Assembly: GCF_044704955.1 (NCBI RefSeq)
Contig: NC_091997.1
Coordinates: 62,372,001-62,436,000, forward strand
From: Pristiophorus japonicus
Lineage: Eukaryota
DNA: 64,000 nt
Direction of reading: 5' to 3'
Shown here: piece after piece, positions 1 through 13,600 of the stretch
How positions within the stretch are numbered: position 1 is the first letter of the stretch
How the letters are laid out: each line of letters opens with the position of its first letter
Notes under the pieces: generated by a model
Told to the model about the DNA's origin: nothing
Databases searched by the model: none
What the model saw: only the letters and a program-made list of their open reading frames with translations
Made by a program: the position numbers and the translations under genes

Positions 1-199
1 GATTGTCTCAAGGTCCTCCCTTCCCACATTCCCGTGACCAGCAATTTTTGGCATGGTTTTTGTGTCTTCCACTGTGAAGACCGAAGCAAAATAACTGTTC
101 TTGTGTGTGAGAGTGAGTGTCAGTGTGTGTGTCTGTTAGTGTGTGTGAGAGTGAGTGTTTGTGTGTCAGGTTGTGAGCCGAATGATCTCCTTTGAAAAA

Positions 200-306
200 A
201 TACTGCATTTCTATAGCATCTTTCATTACCTCAGGACCTCGCAAAGCGCTTTACAGCCAATGAAGTACTTTTGAAGTGTAGTCACTGTTGTAATGTAGGA
301 AACGGA
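200..306 (-). mobile_element. 3' fragment of Deu-domain SINE (family A)
   Basis: Reverse complement of the tail seen at 9620-9715 and 28680-28760. Confidence 0.8.
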
Positions 307-542
307 ACATGTGCAATGTGCAGAACAAGGGGTAAATTTTCTGAATTTATTTCAGTGATTTGTTCTTTTCTGAAAGATTTTTGAGGATTCTGTAGTTTGG
401 TATAACCAGGATGATCTACTCCTCTGCAATTTATTTCCATGGTAGAATTGTTCAAAATAGGCAGTCGGGTTAACTGAATGCTGCAGTCGCTTGGACATCA
501 CAACGCAAATTCATCATCTGCTCATACATGAATGTCTCCCCA

Positions 543-650
543 AGTTCTGACAAAAGATTAAAACATTAACTCTGTTTTTCTCTCCACAGATGTTGCCTGA
601 CCTGCTGAGTATTTCCAGCATTTTCTGTTTTTATTTCAGATTTCTAGCGC
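543..650 (+). repeat. Short interspersed repeat fragment (cacagatgttgcctgacctgctgagtatttccagcattttctg), possibly a Penelope-like terminus
   Basis: Related reverse copy near 10530-10590; family assignment is from memory only. Confidence 0.45.
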
Positions 651-870
651 ACCCACAGTACTTTACTTTTGTTCCTCTGTAGACTGATCTTGTGCCAAAC
701 TTCACTACTCGGTCTGGTTCAAGTTGGCAGCATGTTGGCCCATAGCTCGAGACAGTTTCTTATCTGTGTCCTCACCATGTACAGCTAATTCTTTCCCTTG
801 CTGTCCCGCCAACTATTCTTTGAAGCATTTGATTGAAAGCATTTAGCTAAGTCTTTATTCCACTCATCTG

Positions 871-1390
871 TGTTGGGGGAAAATATCCCGCCTGACTTTG
901 AATGTTGCCTATTTTATATTGTGTCCTTTTTGTTGCTCAAACGGCAATTTTGCTGGTCATGTGACTAGGAGTTGCCTGCGACGGTTCTTGAGATAAATAC
1001 CAAATGACACACTCGACAATGGCGGTACTGTTAATGTTCATTTAATACAGAAGAAGTACAAGACTCACCACTTATACTTTATAGTTACCCAATAGGTCCA
1101 CGGATGATCAGTCCGTCCTAACACTGTTCCGTCGAGGGTCTCTTCCTCGGTGCCTACTTCTGCCGAGTGTTGCTCCTAGGTTCTCGCTTTGGACTGTCTG
1201 AACCTGTCTGTCTTTATACCCTCCTTTTCATGCCTAACTAGTCGAGTTGGTGCCAATAAGTCTGAGGTGATCAGGGTCTTTCCTGCTGAAATTGACAGTG
1301 CATACTCGGTCTTTATGTTGGGGGAAATTGGCTTCGCTTTGGCTGCCCAGATCAGTGACCTAATGGCCAGTACTTCCACACTTTTCCACA
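871..1390 (-). mobile_element. Possible solo LTR
   Basis: TG...CA termini with short imperfect inverted repeats, TATA-like gggtataaag and a downstream ATTAAA on -, flanks tctg/gctg. Confidence 0.4.
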
Positions 1391-1443
1391 GCTGAAATTA
1401 AGCTCATCCCTCCCTAATCCTTTCAGCATTTTAAATTCCACCT

Positions 1444-2026
1444 ATCATAGAATCATAGAAATTTACAGCACGGAAGGAGGCCATTTCGGCCCATCATGTC
1501 CACGCCGGCCGACCAAGAGCTACCCAGCCTAATCCCACTTTCCAGCTCTTGGTCCGCAGCCCTGTAGGTTACGGCACTTCAGATGCACATCCAAGTACTT
1601 TTTAAATGTGGTGAGGGTTTCTGCCTCCACCACCCTTTCAGGCCGTGAGTTCCAGACCCCCACCCCCCATCCCCCCGTGAAGAAATTACCCTTCAAAACC
1701 CTTCTAAACCTTTTACCAATTACTTTAAATCTATACCCCCTGCTACCCTGGTTGTTGATCCCTCTGCTAAGGGAAATAGATCCTTCCTATCCACTCTATC
1801 TAAGCCCCTCATAATTGTATGCACCTCAATAAGGTCTCTCCTCAGCCTCCTCTGTTCCAAAGAAAACAACCCCAGCCTTTTCGATCTTTCCTCATAGCTA
1901 AAATTCTCCAGTCCAGGAGACATCCTCATAAATCTCCTCTGTACCCTCCCTAGTGCAATCACAATTTTCCTGTAATGTGGTGACCAGAACTGCATGCAGT
2001 ACTCCAGCTGTGGCCTAACCAGTGTT
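1444..2026 (-). mobile_element. CR1 LINE 3' fragment
   Basis: LVRPQLEYCMQFWSPHYRK...RRLRRDLIEV peptide and (ttctatga)n tail on -. Confidence 0.92.
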
Positions 2027-2824
2027 AGTGGCCTAACACCTGCTTTTATTCTGTCTGGTGCATTGATTTCTCTGCTTCCTTTTGAGTACTGTGATATTTT
2101 TTTCCTCCCTCTTTGCCCCCTGCCTGTAGATGCCCCCGGAGATAGGCAGTCTTCCCTGCCAGTATTACTATCTAACTGGTCACTGTTGGTACAAGAGCAT
2201 AGGCTGACGGTCTCCGATCTCACTCAGCCCGGGGAGGGCTGGGCTGGGCTGGTCTTGAAGAGTTGGGACCATGTATTCTGCCTCTATGAAGCAAAGCACA
2301 TTAGTGTAAAATCTGGGTGTGCACCAGTGTTTAAATTATATTAATCATTCTCTACATAGGGTTGTATTTATTTTTGACCGAGAGAGTTGCAGAGGAGTTG
2401 CAGCACTGGTGCTACCAACTCTGCAATGTACTTCTCTTCAATATGCTTGCCTCTAATTTGCTCATTTATGCTAGGGATTAGATTTAGTATGGATCATGCT
2501 ACCCGTTCAATCAGACCGTCCTACTGCATGTCACACTGTGCCCTGAAGCAAGGGGTTAGCACGATGTGGTGTCAGTGATGAGCATTAAATGATTCATGTC
2601 GCTGTTGGAGAGCAGAAAGAGTAATTGGCTGATTTATATAGTTTAATCATTCATAAGAAAGGAGAGACTTGAAATTGGTGATCCCGGTATGTCTTAATTA
2701 GGAACAAATACAAATTCTCAGCTGAATTCTAATGGGCAGGGAGCAGGGTAGGGGGTTGGAATGTTGAGCAAAGAAGAGGAGTTGGGGGATGAGTGCCACG
2801 AGGGGGGGAGCGAGGGGGTTAGTA

Positions 2825-4115
2825 TAGCCGTGTCAACCGTGAGAGTCAATGGAGCATCCTCCTCCATTTCGGATGCCCCCAAAAGTTCATCAACATCCTT
2901 CGCCTGCTTGACGACATGTAGGCAACGAATGATCCTTACCAACGAATCCATTACAGATCCAATTCACGTCCGGACCGGGGTCACACAGGGCTGCATCATC
3001 GCTCCAACCCTTTCTCAATCTTCCTCGCCGCCATGCTCCACCTCACAATCAACAAGCTCCCCGCTGGAGCAGAACTAAACTACAGAACCAGTGGGAAGCT
3101 GTTTAACCTTCGCCGCCTCTAGGCCAGGTCCAAGATCACCCCAACCTCTGTCGTTGAGCTGCAGTATGTGGACGATGCCTGCGTCTGTGCACATTCAGAG
3201 GCTCAACTCCAAGATATAGTCAATGTATTCACTGAAGCATATGAAAGCACGGGCCTTACGCTTAACATCCTTAAGACAAAGGTCCTCCACCAGCCTGTCC
3301 TCGCCGCACAGCACTGCCCCCCAGTCATCAAGATCCACGGCTCGGCCCTCAACAACGTGGACCATTTCCCATACCTCGGGAACCTCATCAACAAAGGCAG
3401 ACATTGATGCGGAGATTCAACATCGCCTCCAGTGCGCCAGTGCAGCCTTCGGCCGTCTGAGGAAAAGAGTGTTTGAAGACCAGGCCCTCAAATCTATCAT
3501 CAAACTCATGGTCTACAGGGCTGTAGTAATAACCGCCTTCCTGTATGGATCTGAGGCATGGACGATGTATAGAAGGCACCTCAAGTCGCTGGAGGTATAT
3601 CACCAACGATGTCTCCGCAAAATCCTGCAAATCCCCTGGGAGGACAGATGCACCAACATCCAGGCTAACATCCCCAGTATTGAAGCACTGACCACACTCG
3701 ATCAGCTTCGCTGGGCAGGCCACATAGTTCACATGCCAGATACGAGACTCCATAAGCAAATGCTTTATGCGGAACTCCTTCTTGGTTATCGAGCCAAAGG
3801 TGGGCAGCGGAAACGTTACAAGGACACCCTCAAAGCCTCCCTGGTAAAGTGTGACATCATCACTGACACCTGGGAGACCCTGGCCGAAGACCGCCCGAGG
3901 TGGAGAAAGTGCATCCGGGAGGGTGTTGAGCTCTTCGAGTCTCAACGCAAAGAGCGTGAAGAGGCCAAGCGCAGGAAGCGGAAGGAGCGCGCGGCAAACC
4001 AGCCCCACCCACCCCTTCCCTCGACGAATGTTTGTCCCACCTGTAACAGGGTCTGTGGCTCTCGTATTGCACTGTTCAGCCATCAAAGAACTCACTTTGG
4101 GAGTGGAAGCAAGTC
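2825..4115 (+). mobile_element. RTE-clade LINE, 5'-truncated and decayed (RT C-half + C2H2-like finger)
   Basis: GVTQGCIIAP, QYVDD, LYGSEAWT, LRWAGHIVHM, CPTCNRVC...HQRTH; frameshifts. Confidence 0.92.
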
Positions 4116-4224
4116 TCAGTGGGCAGGTTATCAGCCCAACACCAGCTTTTAAACTCATAATCTACATTCGCTGCAATGCAGGGCTGAAAGGTTTGTGACC
4201 GTGAGAGTTACGATGGACTCAACC

Positions 4225-4515
4225 ATTCCAACATTCCCCTGGCCGGCCTCCCATCTTCCACCCTCCATAAACTTCAGCTCATCCAAAACTCTGCTGTTTG
4301 TATCAGAACTCACACCAAGGCCCCTTCACCCATCACCCCTGTGCTTGCTGACCTACATCAGCAACGCCTCGATTTTAAAATTCTCATCCTTGTGTTCATA
4401 ACCCTCCATTTCCTTGCCCTCTCCCTTTCCTCGCCCCCTCCCTATCTCTGTAACCTCCTCAAGCCTCACCACCCTCTGAGATCTCTGTGCTCCTCCAATT
4501 CTGCCCTCCTGTTCA
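4225..4515 (+). mobile_element. L2 LINE 3' fragment
   Basis: Similar to 13190-13460 of the long L2 copy (LADLH..., FKILILVF). Confidence 0.85.
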
Positions 4516-5473
4516 CTCCCCCTCCCAATAATGTACCAGTATGTTAGTTTGAATACATTACGTTTGATTTCAAGTCAGTTTATGGACTCAAGAAAGTTGC
4601 CATTGATACAGATCTGGAATTTAATGAATCTGATTGGTTTGAACTGAACTCGCTGCCTGTGCCACTATAGTTAACAAGCTAAAACAGGATTATATTTAAA
4701 TTCTCCGCTTGAAATCTCTACCCATATTGCTGCTTGCTCTAACTGTTTTGTTGAGTAAGTGCCCAGGGGCAGATTCGGCCAAAGCCGATAATGAAATTGG
4801 AATTTATTAGTCTTCTGCACAGCTAATACTTTCTCTAATCTCATGGTGCTTGGTTTGGCTGCCTGTCAGGACCTGTGTACTGTGATACTGCAAACAACTG
4901 TACCTCTTACTCTGAATATCAATAAGGAGATCGAGGGATGGTGAGAGGGTACAAGATGATTAGAGACATACAAGGGCCATTTTACCCCTGGCTTTTCCAC
5001 ATTTAATCAGGGAACAGACTAATGACGATACAACAATGAGATCAGCCGATGGTTTAGAGTCTTTTCAATGCCCGTTTAATGAGTTCAATTTTGAGGATTT
5101 CAGGGCAGTTTCACACAACTCTCAGCTGGGACCCGGAGCCTAGGAGCTGAGGCTGCGTACCCCGGAGGCTAGACTGTTTGAACAGCAGTGTCATTCAAAC
5201 ACCGTTCCTCCCTCTGAATCTCAGCGTGTGAGTTGGTAAAAGGTTCAAAACAATCATCCACCATTCAGTGAAACCGAGCAGGTGCACCATGGGCAGTGGT
5301 TCCATAACTACCCCACTGAGAACCTTGTCACATTCGCAGCTTACTCCAAGCCACTCCTTCCTCTTCATAACTCCCATTCATTCCCTGCTCCTGAACAATG
5401 TTTAGTCTGAATGATGACGTAACTCTCTATAATCCCTGTTTGCAAACCAATTGATTCCAGTGGGAAGATTAGG

Positions 5474-5870
5474 GTAATGAGCACCCCGGGTGTGTATATG
5501 AGCACTGTCTGTACCCTTACACAATGTACCCCAGGTGTGTATATGAGTGCTGTCTGTACCCTTACACAATGTACCCCGGGTTTGTATATGAGCACTGTCT
5601 GTACCCTCGGACAGTGTACCCCGGGTGTGTATATGAGTGCTGTCTGTACCCTCACACAATGTACCCCAGTTTGTATATGAGTGCTGTCTGTACCCTCACA
5701 CAATGTACCCTGGTGTGTATATGAGCGCTGTCTCTACCTTCATACAGTGCGCCCCGGGTGTGTATATGAGCGCTGTCTCTACCTTCAGACAGTGCATCCC
5801 AGGTGTGTATATGAGCGCTGTCTGTACCCTCACACAATGTACCCTGGTGTGTATATGAGTGCTGTCTGCA
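5474..5870. repeat. Minisatellite, ~45-bp unit (gtgtgtatatgagcactgtctgtaccctcacacaatgtacccc-like)
   Basis: About 9 tandem copies; 15-aa periodicity in the ORF track. Confidence 0.95.
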
Positions 5871-6007
5871 CCACTCCTAATGTTGGCTGTCAGGAGCTGC
5901 GAATCAGACAAGCTGAGCTGGTAACTGAGTTCACGAGTGTCTAAATGATTGCTGGTGTGTATTTCTTGTCCCTGTTTTCAGTCGTACAGTGAGGCAGGAT
6001 GTGTGAA

Positions 6008-6755
6008 TCATCATCATAGGCAGTCCCTTGGAATCAAGGAAGACTTGCTTCCACTCTAAAAGTGAGTTCTCAGGTGGCTGTACAGTCCAATGCAGGAATT
6101 ACAGTCTCTGTCACAGGTGGGACAGACAGTGGTTGAAGGAAAGGGTGGGTGGGGAGTATGGTTTGCCACGCGCTCCTTCCGCTGTCTGCGCTTGATTTCT
6201 GCATGCTCTCAGTGATGAGACTTGAGGTGTTCAGTGCCCTCCCGGATGCTCTCCCTCCATTTTGGGCCGTCGTGGGCCAGGGACTCCCAGGTGCCAGTGG
6301 GGATGTTGTTCTTTATCAAGGAGGCTTTGAGGGTGTCCTTGAAATGTTTCCTCTGCCCACCTGGAGCTTGCTTGCTGTGTAGGAGTTCCGAGTAGAGCGC
6401 TTGCTTTGGGAGTCTCCTGTCGGGCATGCGAACAATGTGGCCCACCAACGGAGCTGGTCGAGTGTGGTCAGTGTTTCGATGCTGGGGATGTTGGCCTGAG
6501 CGAGAACACTGACATTGGTGCGTCTGTCCTCCCAGTTGATTTGCAGAATCTTGTGGGGGCAATGCTGGTGGTACTTCTCCAACGCTTTGAGATGGCTGCT
6601 GTATATGGTCCACGTCTCTGAGCCATACAAGAGGGTGGGTATCACTACAGCCCTGTAGACCATAAGCTTGGTGCCAGATTTGAGGTCCTGGTCTTCAAAC
6701 ACTCTCTTCCTCAGGCGACCGAAGGCTGTGTTGGTGCACTGGAGGCAGTGTTGGA
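6008..6755 (-). mobile_element. RTE LINE 3' fragment
   Basis: AFGRLRKRVFEDQDLK, LYGSETWT; (atg)n tail on -. Confidence 0.92.
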
Positions 6756-7452
6756 CAGTACAGGCCCGTGTACAGCAGCAAGGACCATAAAACAGCTGGC
6801 ATACCAGAGAATTAAGCAAATCATTGCCCTGATATCATGGCATGTCAGTCCCAGTTCATCAAGCTGTAGGTTCCCTCCCAATTGCTGTTTCTCAATCAGT
6901 CGATACCTGGTGTTAATTCTCACAAGTAAAGCTGCTCCTTATAACGTGGCTCCGATTGGGGCACCGAGCGGCAGGATGTGAGTCTGGTCAGGAAACTCTC
7001 GCTGTTTGGAACTTGAAACAGGACAAGAAACACATTCCCACAGCTCTTTGTTTCCTCTGTAATAAGAATTGTTGTCATCGCCTTGTGTTCCCACGTACGC
7101 CTGGTAAATATTTAGTGTGTGTTATCCATAAGATGGTGTGTCACCACTCACTCACACCTATTCTTCAGCCTGGGAACCCTTTCATCTCACAACGGCCACT
7201 CATTCTGCCAACTTCCCTCTTGCTCTTCTGAATCTTCAAATGCACCATCCCGCTCCCACCCCCGCCCCTACCCCTACCCTCGCTCCCACCCCTACCCCAT
7301 CCCCAACCCACTCCCATCCTTACCCACCCCTGCCCCTACTCCCCCCCCCCACTCCCCAGTCTCCCCTCTTTCCCCTCACTTACCCCCATTCCCACAATTC
7401 CTCCCCGACTCCCCCTCCTTCCCCCTCCCCCTTACTCCCCCCCCCAATTCCC

Positions 7453-8172
7453 CATCCCTCCTGTACCCGTACTCCCCGTCCCTCCTGTACCCGTACTCCC
7501 CGTCCCTCCTGTACCCGTACTCCCCGTCCCTCCTGTACCCGTACTCCCCGTCCCTCCTGTACCCGTACTCCCCGTCCCTCCTGTACCCGTACTCCCCGTC
7601 CCTCCTGCACCCGTACTCCCCGTCCCTCCTGTACCCGTATTCCCCGTCCCTCCTGTACCCATACTCCCCGTCCCTCCTGTACCCGTACTCCCCGTCCCTC
7701 CTGCACCCGTACTCCCCGTCCCTCCTGTACCCAGACACCCCGTCCCTCCTGTACCCGTACTCCCCGTCCCTCCTGTACCCGTACTCCCCGTCCCTCCTCC
7801 GCCCTTACTCCCCGTCCCTCCTGTACCCGTACTCCCCGTCCCTCCTGTACCCGTACTCCCCGTCCCTCCTGTACCCGTACTCCCCGTCCCTCCTGTACCC
7901 GTACTCCCCGTCCCTCCTCCACCCGTACTCCCCGTCCCTCCTGTACCCAGACTCCCCGTCCCTCCTATACCCGTACTCCCCGTCCCTCCTCCGCCCGTAC
8001 TCCCCGTCCCTCCTCCGCCCGTACTCCCCGTCCCTCCTGTACCCATACTCCCCGTCCCTCCTCCGCCCGTACTCCCCGTCCCTCCTGTACCCATACTCCC
8101 CGTCCCTCCTCCGCCCGTACTCCCCGTCCCTCCTGTACCCATACTCCCCGTCCCTCCTGTACCCGTACTCTC
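7453..8172. repeat. Minisatellite, 24-bp unit (ctgtacccgtactccccgtccctc), preceded by a C-rich tract from ~7245
   Basis: About 30 copies. Confidence 0.97.
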
Positions 8173-8999
8173 CACCTGCTCCTCAAAGAAAACGAGTGCA
8201 ACAAATGTTCACTACAGAAAATAGTTTTCATTTAGTTTTTAAAATAGGCTGGTGTTTGATGTCTTTGTATTTTTAAAGCAGTGACAGGTTTGTGATATTT
8301 AACTGTCAAAACCAGGACATTTTTTAAAAAGAAATTCATTATTTTCATAATAATTGCACTAAAAGAGTGACATTTGCAAGATGACTCACCCAATCACACG
8401 CAACGTTACTTAATCAACCCGAGTGTGACTGATTAGCAACAAAGTGTTATGAAATATCTGAGGAATCTTCCTCAAGGGTGGCATAAAGTGGGATTATCAA
8501 AGCTTACAGTGATGTTGGGGGCTGTTGCAACCTTGCTGTATAATCAACTGGATATCATATTGCACAGAGCTAGCTGTGCAGAGTGTGGGGATCAACAGTG
8601 TGCTCAGCAAGGACTTGGACTGTGAGCTGGAGTGTCGTGTGGAGGGGTCTGAAACATTCCAGCTCCATACCTTGTATATGGTCTGAGATGCTCTATATTT
8701 GGATCTGTACGAGATCCCGTCCTTTAATTCTCACGATCTTGCTCGCTACGGCCATACACTCTTAATACCTCTGTGATCAGCCCACTCCTCACCACTCGCA
8801 GTACCTCGCCCAACTAGCTGTTAGAACATGGCTGAACAAACTGCGCACAATTGTCTGAATTCCCTCCTCCCTCTATTCGAACACTAGCTCCAGGGAGTAA
8901 TGAGTGATCTCATTCAATACCTCCCGAGTGTATCAGTGGCAGTGTCCTGCTGTCTGGAGTCACGTCCTATCCAGATAGATGGGCTCAATGGCCTTCCTC

Positions 9000-9720
9000 C
9001 CAGTGTAGTACTGAGGGAGTGCTGCACTGTCGGAGGGGCAATACTGAGGGAGTCATCATCAAAGGCAGTCCCCCGAAATGAGGAGAGCTAGGTCTTGGTG
9101 CCGTACTGTCGGAGGGGCAGTACTGAGGGAGTGCCGCACTGTCGGAGGGGCAGTGCTGAGGGAGTGCCACACTGTCGGAGGGGCAGTACTGAGGAAGCGT
9201 TGCACTGTCGGAGGGGAAGTACTGAGGGAGTGCCGCACTGTCGGAGGGACAGTACTGAGGGAGAGCTGCACTATCAGAGGGGCAGTACTGAGGGAGAGCT
9301 GCACTGTCAGAGGGGCAGTGCTGAGGGAGTGCCACACTGTCGGAGGGGCAGTACTGAGGAAGCGTTGCACTGTCGGAGGGACAGTACTGAGGGAGAGCTG
9401 CACTGTCAGAGGGGCAGTGCTGAGGGAGAGCTGCACTGTCAGAGGCGCCGTCTGCCCCCTCAGGTGGATGTAAAAGATCCCATGGCGCTATTTCGAAGAA
9501 GAGCAGGGCCGTTCTCCCTGATGTCCTGCCCAATATTTATCCCTCAACCAACATCACTAAAATAGATTATCTGGTCATTATCACATTGCTGTTTGGGAGA
9601 CCTTGCTGTGCTATATTACAACAGTGACCACACTCCAAAAGTACTTCATTGGCTGCAAAGCACTTTGGGATGTCCAGAGGTTGTGAAAGGCACTATAGAA
9701 ATGCAAGTAATTCTTTCTAC
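9000..9720 (+). mobile_element. Deu-domain SINE (family A) with internal ~30-33-bp tandem expansion at 9001-9443
   Basis: Body caggtggatgtaaaagatcccatggc...tgtcctgcccaatattt and tail match 28308-28768. Confidence 0.9.
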
Positions 9721-10609
9721 TGTGCCTGCCTTGTATAATAATTCTTTCAACCATGCGCTCAAAATAAATGAATCATTCATATCTCTGCAAGCCTTGTTGA
9801 AAATGTTACAATATCTGCACTTCAAGTAACTTTATATCAGAAGCAGGCAAGAGCTGGCAGCAGCTTCACGCTTGCCTTTATCTGAGGTGGGGGAGTTATA
9901 GCTGTTTCTGATTGGATCAGCTCATTGCCGATTGCTTTTAATTGATCACTTTGTTGGTGGACACGAGTTTGCGTTCCATCAGTTTGGGGAAAGGAGCCCT
10001 TTACTGCCCACATGCTGCGTGAGCATTGCGGGATTATCCGTAGGCCCACGGAAAGTGTTGGGATCACACACACTGCAAGCGACTGGCGATTCCCTATTGG
10101 TGCAGATAGCCTGAGGTTGTCTGCATTAATGGACCTTTTACCTCACTTACATTTCCTCATGTTGTGTTATTCCCGGATCTGGGCTGGGCTTGTGACCTGG
10201 TTTCCCAGGGGTGGAAGAGCTCAGCAGAGGGAACCTTGCACTTCCCCCAATGACCTTCATGCAGCCCAAGCTTTCCGCTTTCAATTACTGGAGAATGTGA
10301 TTTACAAACTGCTTCAGGCTCATTTTGTACATTGCGCAGATGATGCAAATCAAGATTGCTTATTGAGGCAGATTAAAGAGCTGGCTGGTGTTCTGTTAGT
10401 CCATTGGAAATATCGTCCTGCCTTTCGAATGTGTCGTCGTAGGACCTGAATCCCTTACCGTGAGTGAGGGATACGTACAGTACATTACGTTGTCAGATAT
10501 TTTGCTTCAAATACATTTCTCTTTCCAATTTTAAAACAGAAATTGCTGGCAATACATAGCAGGTCAGCAGGAGAAAAGTCGTGTTAATGCTTAGTCTGTC
10601 ACTGCCAAG

Positions 10610-13600
10610 GTCCGAGGTTCCTATGTGCCTCTCTTGGCAACCTACGAAGGGCCCATCGAGGCACTCCTCGCTGCCTGCTTACACCCCAATTGTCCCATCC
10701 TACCCTCTCGCCAACCTTCCCACTCAGCGCACCCACTGGGGGCTAATCTTGCCAATCTCCTCCCAATCCAACTCGCCCCCCCAGAGCTGACCCTGTGGAC
10801 GCTGGCAGTGGGTCAGCCGTCACCGACCCTCTGCACGTCCGTTCGCTTGCGAACAAGGCCCTTACCATTCCTGAGCTTCTCGTGGATGATGGCATCGACA
10901 TCGTGGCCCTGACGGAAACCTAGTTGGGGGACGATGACACCTTACCCTTAAACGAAGCCTCCTCGCCTGGCTATACCTTCCATCACTTACCCCGCTCAGA
11001 TCGCCGTGGTGGTGGTGTGGCTCTTATCACCAAATCACACCTTGGTCTGTCCCCCTACTCTTCCGACACTTTCTCTTCCTTTGAGCATCTCACCCTATTC
11101 CACCCCTCTCACCTCTCATTTACAACTCTCATTCTCTACCGCCCACCCAAGTAGCATAACAATGTTGTTGCCGCTATTTCTTCACTAGTTTCCTCCTTCT
11201 GCTTCTGCACCGAACAACTTCTCATCCTCTGTGATTTCAACCTCCATCTCAACTCACCATGCTCTCTCTCCTCTGAGGTCACTAGCCTCCTATCCTCCCT
11301 TAACCTCGCCCTCCATGTAAACTCCCCAATCCATATTCACGGCCACCCCCTCGACCTTGCCATCTCTCATGGCCTCGCTACTCCCATCGTGTCAATCACA
11401 GCTAAGGCCATCTCTGACCACTTCCTCGTATCGTTCTCCACCACATCCCCCTTCCACCCCACCCCCCCAAACCCTACCTCCTCCTGTATCGGCCCCTGGG
11501 AAAAAGCTCTCTCCCCATTCTCTTACAACTGAACTTATCAACTCCCAAGTGTCCAGCCTGTGGCCCTCCATTCACCATGACATTTCTATAGCTACCGACC
11601 TGCTCAGTCACACCCTCACCACCACCTTTGATGCCTAGTCCCTTTTAAAACAATTACTCTCACCCTGGCCGTACCCCTGTACAGCACTGATCTTCGCTCC
11701 CTTAAGTCCAAGGGACATAGACTTGAAAGGATATGGCGGAGAACTGGTTTGGCCATTCACCGCCAGATCTACTGGGCCACATAAAGTACTATCGGGTCCT
11801 GCTCTTGTCTGCCAAAATCGCTCACTATTCCAGAATCATTCTGGAATAAAGATAACCCCCAGCTTCTATTCTCCACTGCTAACCATCTTTTTAAACCCCT
11901 CTCCCCAGTCTCCACCCTCACCACCGACAATAAGTGTGAGGAGCTCATGGACTTCTTTGTCTTCAAGATTGAGACCATCCATTCGGCCACCTCTGCCTCT
12001 TCCCTTCTTTCCCCTAGACCACCGGGCCAAACTTCCTCGAAGGTTCCCCCCCGCATTAGCCCTGACCTCACTTCTTTCTCCAGTTTCTCTCCGATTTCCC
12101 CTCATGACCTTTCCGAGCTCATCCTGTCCATGAGACCCACTTCCTGCTCCCTTGACCCTATTCCCACCAAACTGCTGACCACCCAACTTCCTTGTCTGAC
12201 TCCCATGTTAGCCGACATTGTTAATAGTTCGCTCTCCTCAGGTACTGTCACCATGTCCCTCAAATCTGCCGTCATCACCCCTCTCAAAAAACCAACCCTC
12301 GACCCCTCCGTCCTTGAAAACTACCGCCCCATCTCCAATTTCTCGTTCCTCTCCAAAGTCCTTGAACGTGTTGTTGCCTCCCATATCTTTCCCACAATTC
12401 CATGTTTGAATCCCTCCAATCCGGTTTCCGAGCTGCCACAGTAACAAAATGGCCCTCTTCAAAGTCACAAATGACATCCTTTGTGACTGTAACAAAGGCA
12501 AACTATCCCTCTTCGTCCTTCTTGACTTGTCTGTAGCCTTTGACACGGTTGACCACTCTATCCTTCTCCAACGCCTCTCCATCATCGTCCAGCTGGGTGG
12601 GACTGCACTCGCCTGGTTCCATTCTTATCTGTCTAATCGTAGCCTGCAATGGCTTCTCTTCCTGCCCCCACATCATTACCTCTGGTATCCCCCAAGGATC
12701 TATTCTTGGCCCTTCCTATTTCTCATCTACATGTTGCCCCTTGGTGACATCATCTGGAAACACACGGAGTCAGTTTCCACATGTACGCTGATGACACCCA
12801 GCTCTACCTCACCACCACTTCTCTCGACCCCTCCTCGGTCTCTAAATTGTCAGACTGCTTGTCCGACATCCAGTTCTGGATGAGCAGAAGTTTTCACCAA
12901 TTGAATATTGAGCAGACTGAAGCAATTGTTTTCAGTCCCTGCCACAAACTCGGTTCCCTAGCCACTGACTCCATCCCTCTCCCCAACTTCTGAGACTGAA
13001 CCACAGTGTTTGCAACCTTGGTGTCATATTTGACTCTGAAATGAGCTCTCGACCACATATCCGCAGCATAACTAAAACCGCCTATTTCCACCTCTGTAAC
13101 ATCGCCCGTCTCTGCCCCTGCCTCAGCTTATCCGCTGCTGAAGCCTTCATCCATGCCTTTGTTACCTCTAGACTTGACTATTCCAACGCACTCCTGGCTG
13201 GCCTCCCACATTCTACTCTACGTAAACTTGAGGTGATCCAAAACTCGGCTGCCCCGTGTCCTAACTTGCACCAAGTCCCGCTCACCCATCACTCCTGTGC
13301 TCGCTGACCTACATTGGCTTCTGGTTAAGCAGTGCCTTAATTTCAAAATTCTCATCCTTATTTTTAAATTCCCTCTATGGCCTGGCCTCTCCCTATCTCT
13401 GTAATCTCCCCCAGCCCCATTGCCCCCTGAGATGTTTGTGCTCTTCTAATTCTGCCCTCCTGAGCATCCCTGATTATAATCACTCCACCATCGGTGGCTT
13501 AAGCTGCCTGGGTCCCAAGCTCTGGAACTCCCTCCCTAAACCTCTCCGCCTCTCTATCTGTCCTTCATCCTTCAAGACACTCCTTAAAACCTACCTCTTT

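Noticed and set aside
543-575. Possible Penelope-type hammerhead ribozyme
   Set aside because: The CTGANGA and GAAA cores are not intact, so it cannot be supported
7119-8276. Long ORFs of 247-385 aa, Pro/Ser- or Gly/Thr-rich
   Set aside because: Read-through of a stop-free 24-bp minisatellite, open in several frames on both strands
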